64,000 nt of DNA from Calditrichales bacterium (GTDB lineage: Bacteria; Calditrichota; Calditrichia; Calditrichales; J004), in NCBI GenBank assembly GCA_965267575.1, contig OZ254086.1, forward strand, positions 1,120,001-1,184,000. Direction: 5' to 3'. The notes below the pieces were generated by a model. The model saw only the letters and a program-made list of their open reading frames with translations, was not told the origin of the DNA and searched no databases. Numbering within the stretch: the stretch's first letter is position 1; each line of letters begins with the position of its first letter. Below, one piece after another: positions 1-6,626 of this stretch. A program made the position numbers and the translations under genes.

Positions 1-876
1 CGAAACCGGTGTATCGCCTTCAAAACGCACATCGCGGGCAGTGCGTGCCGCAAACAGGTGAAGTTCGATGTTTAACGGTAAAGCCCCGCCGACATAGATG
101 CCGCGCTTACCCGCATTCTCCGAGCTGCTGATATGGGGCCGGGCGCGCACGCCGCGGAAGCGCAACGAGTAGGAGGGCAGCAAACTTTTGCGCTTCCCGA
201 AGGAGCCGCCCATTACCAAGCCGGAAGCCCACTGCACGTTGTAATCCCCGGCAATAATGCGCCAATTTTTTAAATCACCTTCTACCGCAAAATTAAAGTG
301 GTCGGTGTAGCTTTCTTCGCCGGGATCTTTTTGGGCAATGGCCGCCAGCGACCACTGCCGGTTCCATTCAAAATTCAGCCGCGTGTAGCTGTAGAAAGCG
401 TCCCCGGCATAACGGCCATCCTCAATCTGCGGGATTTTCTCAATCTTGTATGTCTGGCGCTGCACAACCTGGCGTCGCAGAGGCCGGGCCGGACGTGTAT
501 CCAGCAAATCGCCCAGCAGGCCGTAGTATTCGTCACCCAAGATTGCGCGCAATGTACGCCGGCCATCTACTTCACCATTGCGCTCGCGCCAGGCCAGGAT
601 GGAATCGGCCGCCCACTGCGGCATAAACGGTATATCCAGCAATTGCCCGCGATTGGCCTCGTTAACGCGCACCGGATTGCTCTTGTAATAATAGAACAGT
701 TCGCTGCTGCCATCATCGTCATCATCGCTCAATTCAGGCAATAAAACACCCAGGCTGTCACTCTGTCCATAAAGAGACGAGGCAATCAGCAAAGAGGCGA
801 AAGCCAGCCGCGTGAGGAAAAAGGAACAAATTCCGTATTGCTTAGAAAAAGTGAAACAACTATATTGAAACTTCAT
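1..876 (-). CDS. ComEA-type helix-hairpin-helix domain protein (FCB-group family), runs off the left end of the window
   Basis: Not in the ORF track. Manual minus-strand translation from ATG at 876 is open to position 1: hydrophobic N-terminus, NPVRVNEANRGQLLDIPFM (HhH-like), then YAGD...KDPGE...IIAGDYNVQWASGLVM. Start codon uncertain. Confidence 0.7.
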   Translation of the reverse strand, partial: MKFQYSCFTFSKQYGICSFFLTRLAFASLLIASSLYGQSDSLGVLLPELSDDDDDGSSELFYYYKSNPVRVNEANRGQLLDIPFMPQWAADSILAWRERNGEVDGRRTLRAILGDEYYGLLGDLLDTRPARPLRRQVVQRQTYKIEKIPQIEDGRYAGDAFYSYTRLNFEWNRQWSLAAIAQKDPGEESYTDHFNFAVEGDLKNWRIIAGDYNVQWASGLVMGGSFGKRKSLLPSYSLRFRGVRARPHISSSENAGKRGIYVGGALPLNIELHLFAARTARDVRFEGDTPVS

Positions 877-903
877 TTGACCTGACTCGCGAGGATTGTA
901 TTT

Positions 904-1137
904 ATGGCAAAAGGAACGCCCAAAAATAAGAAATCTGCATCTAACGTCCAAAGCTTCACTTTTGGCCGCCGCAACCTGATGCTGCTTGGTTTAGGTATAC
1001 TGGTCATTGCAATAGGATTTGTTTTAATGGCCCAGCCTCCTGTGGATGGCTTTTTATCGCGCACACTGGCCCCTATTCTTCTGGTGGTTGCCTACCTGGT
1101 CATCATCCCGATTTCAATCCTTGCGAAAAATAAATGA
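904..1137 (+). CDS. DUF3098-like small membrane protein
   Basis: 77 aa, two TM helices, FGRRNLMLLGLGILVIAIGFVLM...TLAPILLVVAY pattern; TTGCTT-N17-TATATT upstream (838-866). Confidence 0.75.
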   Translation: MAKGTPKNKKSASNVQSFTFGRRNLMLLGLGILVIAIGFVLMAQPPVDGFLSRTLAPILLVVAYLVIIPISILAKNK

Positions 1138-1143
1138 CAGGTA

Positions 1144-1172
1144 TTGAAAAAAAATAAAAAGGTCAGTATCTT
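1144..1172 (+). promoter_or_regulatory. sigma70-type promoter of the tRNA-Val locus
   Basis: TTGAAA (1144-1149)-N17-TATCTT (1167-1172), about 35 nt upstream of the first tRNA-like copy. Confidence 0.6.
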
Positions 1173-1207
1173 AAAAGTCTTGATTTTGAGTAAATAGCTC
1201 AATACCT

Positions 1208-1259
1208 GGGCGCTTAGCTCAGCTGGTCTAGAGCATCCCGATTTACATCGGGAGGGTCA
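1208..1259 (+). pseudogene. Truncated tRNA-Val-like copy: 5' half with the anticodon arm replaced by a palindrome, no T-arm
   Basis: 1208-1235 is identical to the tRNA-Val 5' part (GGGCGCTTAGCTCAGCTGGTCTAGAGCA), followed by TCCCGAT-TTAC-ATCGGGA, GGGTCA, then unrelated sequence. Confidence 0.85.
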
Positions 1260-1284
1260 TTGACCGGCAAAAAACGAAAATCTT

Positions 1285-1359
1285 GGGCGCTTAGCTCAGC
1301 TGGTCTAGAGCACCTGCCTTACAAGCAGGGGGTCACTGGTTCGAATCCAGTAGCGCCCA
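1285..1359 (+). tRNA. trnV: tRNA-Val (anticodon TAC), CCA not encoded
   Basis: Cloverleaf: acceptor GGGCGCT/AGCGCCC, D-arm GCTC/GAGC, anticodon stem CCTGC/GCAGG with loop CT-TAC-AA, T-arm ACTGG-TTCGAAT-CCAGT, discriminator A. Confidence 0.96.
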
Positions 1360-1363
1360 CACC

Positions 1364-1394
1364 AAACCCCGGTCCAATGGTGCCGGGGTTTTTT
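1364..1394 (+). terminator. Intrinsic terminator after tRNA-Val (repeated at 1715-1745 and 2066-2096)
   Basis: AAACCCCGG...CCGGGGTTTTTT hairpin with U-tract. Confidence 0.75.
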
Positions 1395-1408
1395 ATTTTG
1401 GAGGATGT

Positions 1409-1657
1409 ATGTACTGGACCTACGTCATATACTCCCCATCTCATGATATCTTCTATATCGGCCAAACCAATAATCTGCAAGACCGCCTGCTGCGCCACAA
1501 CCAAAACAGAAATAAATACACAAAAGGCAAAGGACCCTGGCAGCTCTTTTTCTCTAAAGCCTTTGATACACGAGCGGAAGCAGTGCAACTGGAGCAAAAA
1601 CTAAAACGCTACAAAAACAAAGACTACCTAAAGGAGCGCTTGGCTGACCTGGTCTAG
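1409..1657 (+). CDS. GIY-YIG nuclease family protein (small, UPF0213/YhbQ-like), copy 1
   Basis: 82 aa: YTYVI...FYIGQTNNLQDRLLRHN...KYTKGKGPW...EAVQLEQKLK; RBS GGAGG upstream. Confidence 0.9.
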   Translation: MYWTYVIYSPSHDIFYIGQTNNLQDRLLRHNQNRNKYTKGKGPWQLFFSKAFDTRAEAVQLEQKLKRYKNKDYLKERLADLV

Positions 1658-1710
1658 GGCATCCCGATTACTATCGGGAGGGCCACCTGGTTCGAATCCA
1701 GTAGCGCCCA
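1634..1710 (+). pseudogene. Pseudo-tRNA-Val copy with a palindromic anticodon-arm replacement
   Basis: GAGCGCTTGGCTGACCTGGTCTAGGGCA-TCCCGAT-TACT-ATCGGGA-GGGCCACCTGGTTCGAATCCAGTAGCGCCCA; mismatches in the acceptor, D and T stems. Confidence 0.85.
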
Positions 1711-1759
1711 CACCAAACCCCGGTCAAATGGTGCCGGGGTTTTTTAGTTTGGAGGATGT

Positions 1760-2008
1760 ATGTACTGGACCTACGTCATATACTCCCCTTCTCATGATAT
1801 CTTCTACATCGGCCAAACCAATAATCTGCAAGACCGCCTGCTGCGCCACAACCAAAACAGAAATAAATACACAAAAGGCAAAGGACCCTGGCAGCTCTTT
1901 TTCTCAAAAGCCTTTGATACACGAGCGGAAGCAGTGCAACTGGAGCAAAAACTAAAACGCTACAAAAACAAAGACTACCTGAAGGAGCGCTTGGCTGAGC
2001 TGGTCTAG
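1760..2008 (+). CDS. GIY-YIG nuclease family protein, copy 2
   Basis: Identical to copy 1 except D->E near the C-terminus (LADLV vs LAELV). Confidence 0.9.
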   Translation: MYWTYVIYSPSHDIFYIGQTNNLQDRLLRHNQNRNKYTKGKGPWQLFFSKAFDTRAEAVQLEQKLKRYKNKDYLKERLAELV

Positions 2009-2061
2009 GGCATCCCGATTACTAACGGGAGGGCCACCTGGTTCGAATCCAGTAGCGCCCA
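1985..2061 (+). pseudogene. Pseudo-tRNA-Val copy with a palindromic anticodon-arm replacement (one mismatch)
   Basis: Same as 1634-1710 but the hairpin reads TCCCGATTACTAACGGGA. Confidence 0.85.
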
Positions 2062-2110
2062 CACCAAACCCCGGTCCAATGGTGCCGGGGTTTTTTATTT
2101 TGGAGGATGT

Positions 2111-2446
2111 ATGTACTGGACCTACTTCATAAACTCCCCATCTCATGATATCTTCTACATCGGCCAAACCAATAATCTGCAAGACCGCTTGCTGCGCCAC
2201 AACCAAAACAGAAATAAATACACAAAGGGCAAAGGACTGCGGCAATTGTACTTCTCCAAAGCTTTCGGAAACTGCGGAGATGTGATACGGCATGAAAGAA
2301 AATTGAAATACTACTATCCACATTTGATTTTTGCTTCTTTACATTTTTATAATTTGACGTTTCATCTTTTACATATAGCATCAGCTTATGCGCTTAACTT
2401 TTCTCGCTGTCTTATATTTTATAATGGGCAGTTTTTTGAATGTTGA
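2111..2446 (+). pseudogene. Degenerate GIY-YIG copy 3
   Basis: Near-identical to copies 1 and 2 up to YTKGKG, diverged through ERKLK, then reads into unrelated AT-rich sequence overlapping the next gene start; no pseudo-tRNA tail. Confidence 0.7.
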
Positions 2447-5400
2447 AGCATTCAATGATATTAAAATTGAACGGCTCCCACTTGATGATCCTTTGAAGGG
2501 AGCATTCACATTAGACATTCTTCAGGATAAGTATGGGTTTTTATGGTTTGCTACCGATAGGGGGCTTGTCCGATATAATGGGTACAACTTTCACATTTAC
2601 AAAAACCAAGTGCAAGACACTACCTCATTGTCGTCTAATCACGTGCTTTCGCTTTTTGAGGACAATTCAGGTTCGATTTGGGCCGGAACTTTGATTCACG
2701 GCTTGAACAGGTTAGACCGCACGACTGGAAAGTTTATCCGATATGTCGGAAAGCGGGATACCAGCACAACCAACCCCTATGAATTGGGCGCTAACCAGAT
2801 TTTAGATATATATGAAGACAGCCAAAACAATTTTTGGGTCGGTACTACATTAGGTTTATTGCGCCTGGAAAAGGGAAAATATAAAAAATTTCTACCGGAC
2901 AATGAAAACCCGAACTCTATCAGCGAAGGGCCCGTTACGTGTGTACATGAAGATAGCCGCGGAAGGCTTTGGATTGGTACAAATAGCGGCTTAAATCTTT
3001 ACGATAGAAAACAAAATAAATTCTCCTACTTTGATAACGCCAGCATGACCCGCCTACAAAAGGCCATTAACTGTATGACCGAGGACAGGAAGGGCAATTT
3101 ATGGATAGGGACATATGATGGATTGATCAGGTTTAATCCGGAAACGAAAACATTTAAGATTTTCAGACAGGAACCTGAAAACTCACAAGGTCTCAACAAT
3201 AATGTAATTTGGGACATACAGGAAGTCCGCTCCGGGCAATTATGGATAGGTACAGAGGGCGGTGGCGTTAATATCCTAAATCCAAAAACAAATGTATTCA
3301 GCTATGTAAAACATGACCCCGAAGATCCATATAGTCTTAACTCAGATTATGTCACCGCCATTTACGAAGACCGTACAGGGATAATATGGATTGGCACGGG
3401 AAGCATGTGGGGACGTGCCAAAGGCAAGGGTTTTGGTATTAATAAGTATGATCCGGACAAAAAACAATTTCATAACATTTCTATTAATCCTTTCTATACG
3501 GACTCGACGGTTTATATCGATGCGTATTCAGTATTAGTAGACCATTTAGGAGTTTTGTGGATTGGAACTAACGGCCAGGGCCTTATTAGCTATGATGAAT
3601 CAACGGACGAATATAACAGATATCTTCACGATCCTTCTGACGAATCCACCATCAGCGAAAACGGTATTATGGGTATGTATGAAGACAAAGCCGGCAAGCT
3701 TTGGTTTGGAACCTGGAACAGTGGATTAAATCTGTTTAATCGAGAAACAAAATCTTTCAGGCGCTATCAACATGATCCCAACGATCCTTTAAGCATCAGC
3801 TCCAATCGTATAAACGAAATGCTCGAAGATAGTAAGGGGCGTTTCTGGATTGCGACTTTTTATGGAGGGTTGAATCTATTTGATCGTGAAAATGACACAT
3901 TCAGACATTACGTTCGAAATCCTCAAGACCCAAATAGCATCAGTACAAACCAAACCAGCAGGTTGTTCGAGGATCATTTTGGTAACTTGTGGATATCTAC
4001 CTGGAGCGGAGGCTTAAATAAATTTAATTTTGAGGAAAACAAATTTGTCCGCTTTATGCACGACCCTAAAGACCCGAAAAGCATCAGCCACAATATTGTA
4101 AGAACAGTGGTTGAAGATGAAACATATGATCTTTGGGTAGCTACTGCGGGTGGACTTAATAAATTTAGTCGCTCTACAGGGACATTTAATTGTATTACAG
4201 AAAAAGACGGTCTTTTAAATAACCAAATTTCAGGTATCCTAAAAGATGACAGTGGCAGTTTATGGATTCAGGCGCGATATGGAATAAGCCGTTTTAATCC
4301 TACAACCCAAAAAATAAAGAATTATGACACTAATGACGGTTTAGTCAACTCCGCCTATTTAAGTGGGCCACCATATAAAAACAAAGCAGGAGAAATGTTT
4401 TTTCCCGGAAGATCAGGTGTGGACTTTTTTCATCCTGACAGCATAAAAGACAACCCTCATATTCCACCGATCGTCATAACTCGTCTGACCAAATATAACA
4501 GTGAAGTCAAAAAAAATGAACCACTCATTATTGATGATTTTTCTGGGAAAAAATCTCTCTTTCTTACGTATAAAGACCGCATATTGAATTTCGAGTTTGC
4601 TGCTCTTAACTACAGAAATCCTGCAAAAAACCAATATGCCTATAAACTCGATGGCTTTAACGATTCCTGGATTCAGCTTGGTACAAAACACGATGTCACC
4701 TTTACTGACCTTTCTCCGGGAAATTATACGCTGCATGTCCGCGGCTCCAACAACGACGGCGTTTGGAACATGGAGGGCACATCCCTGGAGATATATATTG
4801 CCCCGCCCTGGTGGCGCACCTACTGGGCATACGGCCTCTATTTTGCCATTGTGCTGGCCGCGCTGTTGAGTATCCGGGCCTATGAACTAAAAAGGCAGCG
4901 CCTTAAATACGATCTGAAAATGGAGCATGAACAGGCTGAAACCCTGAAAGAACTGGATCGGATGAAGTCACGCTTCTTTGCCTCCATCTCGCATGAATTC
5001 CGCACACCGCTCACGCTGATCAGCGGGCCCGTTGAACGGCTGCTTAAAAAGGGCCGGGCAGATCAGATAAAAGATCTAAAGCGTATTCAAAGTAATGCCG
5101 GCCAAATGGACAAGCTGGTAAAAATGTATCTTGAGCTGTCAAAACTGGAAAGCGGCAAGCTTGTTCTGCATCGGGAAAAATGCGAACTCATCTCGCTGCT
5201 GAAGATCGTGCTGGCCGCTTTTGAATCCCGGGCTGAAGCTGAGAATAAAAATCTGCGCTTTAAGACAGATCTTGCCCGTGCCATGGGGCAGGTTGATAAA
5301 GATATGTTTGCGCTAATCATGAACAACCTGCTTTCCAACGCTTTTAAATTCACCGCTGAAAACGGGGAGATTGAAGTATCCGCGCAGCTGAAACCCGGGG

Positions 5401-6500
5401 CAACTGAAAAAGAGAAAAAAGACCATATTGAAATAGCCGTTAAGGATAGCGGTATTGGCATAGCGCCGGAGCAGCAGCAGCGTATTTTCGAAATGTATTT
5501 TCAGGTGGACAATGAAATTAACAAGCGCATCAGCGGAACAGGCATTGGGCTGGCCATGGTTAAGGAGTTGGTGGAAATGCATGAAGGAGAGCTGGCATTA
5601 GAAAGCACGCCCGGCAGGGGTAGCAGATTCAGTATTGTATTGCCCATCATGGAAGCACAAAAGCAAAGCGGAATAGCCGAAGCGTTGGAAGAAAAACCAT
5701 CGCTGAGCGAGAAAGAACAATCAGACATTTCAACAGAACAATCCACACAACCGCGTATTTTGATTGTAGAAGATAACCATCAAATGCTGGATTATATTAA
5801 GAGCCATCTGGAAGAAAAATATAAAACACAAAGCGCTTCCGATGGCCGCAGAGGATTCGAAAAAGCGCTGAAATTTAATCCACAGCTTATCGTAAGTGAT
5901 GTGATGATGCCGGAAATGGACGGCTTTGAGTTTTGCGCCAGACTGAAACAGGATTTCCGTACCAGCCATATCCCGGTTATTCTGCTTACGGCAAAAATCC
6001 AGGAACAGGATATGTATAAAGGACTGGAAACCGGCGCGGATACCTACATCACAAAGCCCTTTAAAGCCCGGGAACTGCTGATTCGAATCGGCAACCTTAT
6101 AGAAAACAGGCAAAGGCTGCACAAAAAGTTTCTTACCGAAAAACATGTTGATTTTGGCGAAATAAATATTACATCCGCGGATCAACGCTTTTTGGAGCAT
6201 TGCCGCCGGGTTGTAGAAACCCACCTTTCCGACGAAGACTTTACAGTTGATGCCTTTGCCAAAGAAGTGGCTTTTAGCCGCGTGCAGCTGCACCGCAAAC
6301 TCAACGCTTTGACCGGTCTTTCCGCTTCGGCATTTATCAAAACGATGCGTCTTAAGAAAGCGGCTATACTTCTTAAATCCGGTTTTGGTAACATTGCACA
6401 GGTAGCTTTCGAAGTGGGTTTCTCCAACCCCTCCCATTTTTCCAGTGCCTTTAAAAAGATGTATGCAATGGCTCCTTCCGATTACGTCCGCAAAGGCTAA
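2388..6500 (+). CDS. Hybrid two-component system sensor kinase/response regulator (beta-propeller repeats, Y_Y_Y, HisKA, HATPase, REC, AraC HTH)
   Basis: Repeated ED..G.LWIGT motifs; YAYKLDGFNDSW...PGNYTLHVRGSNNDGVW; TM helix; SISHEFRTPLTLI; NLLSNAFKFT; GTGIGL; SDVMMPEMDG; VAFEVGFSNPSHFS. Confidence 0.95.
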   Translation: MRLTFLAVLYFIMGSFLNVEAFNDIKIERLPLDDPLKGAFTLDILQDKYGFLWFATDRGLVRYNGYNFHIYKNQVQDTTSLSSNHVLSLFEDNSGSIWAGTLIHGLNRLDRTTGKFIRYVGKRDTSTTNPYELGANQILDIYEDSQNNFWVGTTLGLLRLEKGKYKKFLPDNENPNSISEGPVTCVHEDSRGRLWIGTNSGLNLYDRKQNKFSYFDNASMTRLQKAINCMTEDRKGNLWIGTYDGLIRFNPETKTFKIFRQEPENSQGLNNNVIWDIQEVRSGQLWIGTEGGGVNILNPKTNVFSYVKHDPEDPYSLNSDYVTAIYEDRTGIIWIGTGSMWGRAKGKGFGINKYDPDKKQFHNISINPFYTDSTVYIDAYSVLVDHLGVLWIGTNGQGLISYDESTDEYNRYLHDPSDESTISENGIMGMYEDKAGKLWFGTWNSGLNLFNRETKSFRRYQHDPNDPLSISSNRINEMLEDSKGRFWIATFYGGLNLFDRENDTFRHYVRNPQDPNSISTNQTSRLFEDHFGNLWISTWSGGLNKFNFEENKFVRFMHDPKDPKSISHNIVRTVVEDETYDLWVATAGGLNKFSRSTGTFNCITEKDGLLNNQISGILKDDSGSLWIQARYGISRFNPTTQKIKNYDTNDGLVNSAYLSGPPYKNKAGEMFFPGRSGVDFFHPDSIKDNPHIPPIVITRLTKYNSEVKKNEPLIIDDFSGKKSLFLTYKDRILNFEFAALNYRNPAKNQYAYKLDGFNDSWIQLGTKHDVTFTDLSPGNYTLHVRGSNNDGVWNMEGTSLEIYIAPPWWRTYWAYGLYFAIVLAALLSIRAYELKRQRLKYDLKMEHEQAETLKELDRMKSRFFASISHEFRTPLTLISGPVERLLKKGRADQIKDLKRIQSNAGQMDKLVKMYLELSKLESGKLVLHREKCELISLLKIVLAAFESRAEAENKNLRFKTDLARAMGQVDKDMFALIMNNLLSNAFKFTAENGEIEVSAQLKPGATEKEKKDHIEIAVKDSGIGIAPEQQQRIFEMYFQVDNEINKRISGTGIGLAMVKELVEMHEGELALESTPGRGSRFSIVLPIMEAQKQSGIAEALEEKPSLSEKEQSDISTEQSTQPRILIVEDNHQMLDYIKSHLEEKYKTQSASDGRRGFEKALKFNPQLIVSDVMMPEMDGFEFCARLKQDFRTSHIPVILLTAKIQEQDMYKGLETGADTYITKPFKARELLIRIGNLIENRQRLHKKFLTEKHVDFGEINITSADQRFLEHCRRVVETHLSDEDFTVDAFAKEVAFSRVQLHRKLNALTGLSASAFIKTMRLKKAAILLKSGFGNIAQVAFEVGFSNPSHFSSAFKKMYAMAPSDYVRKG

Positions 6501-6528
6501 ATGTAACCTGTAGAATTGAAAATGTAAC
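6499..6528 (+). promoter_or_regulatory. Putative AraC/HTCS operator (direct repeat)
   Basis: AAATGTAAC at 6499-6507 and 6520-6528 (21-bp period), between the HTCS and the downstream gene. Confidence 0.5.
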
Positions 6529-6626
6529 GTATCTGTTAGAGTACACTCCCCAACACCTCCTAAAATTTAATCAAAGGCGCTGTCAAAGTTGACGGCGTCT
6601 GGCTCAAACCAAATTGGGAGGTTGTC

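Larger units (their letters stand above)
1337..2300 (+). repeat. Tandem array, 351-bp period: [tRNA 3' part - terminator - RBS - GIY-YIG ORF - pseudo-tRNA 5' part], about 2.7 copies
   Basis: ORF starts at 1409/1760/2111 and tRNA 3' ends at 1359/1710/2061 are each exactly 351 bp apart. Copies 1 and 2 are nearly identical; copy 3 decays towards its 3' end. Confidence 0.93.

Noticed and set aside
298-744. 148-aa plus-strand ORF
   Set aside because: Antisense shadow of the minus-strand HhH-domain gene (876-><1), which has recognisable motifs.
1634-2061. Pseudo-tRNAs as functional tRNAs
   Set aside because: 7-bp stem with 4-nt loop instead of a 5-bp stem with 7-nt anticodon loop, plus mismatches in the acceptor, D and T stems.
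1285-2300. CRISPR array or integron interpretation of the 351-bp repeats
   Set aside because: Units are near-identical whole-gene repeats with no unique spacers, no cas genes, no attC-like sites and no integrase.
1260-2381. Alternative-frame and antisense ORFs across the tRNA array (1260-1604, 1319-1597, 1728-1955, 1952-2323, 2127-2381)
   Set aside because: They overlap the tRNA and the GIY-YIG frame, which has the RBS and family motifs; their recurrence just reflects the DNA repeat.
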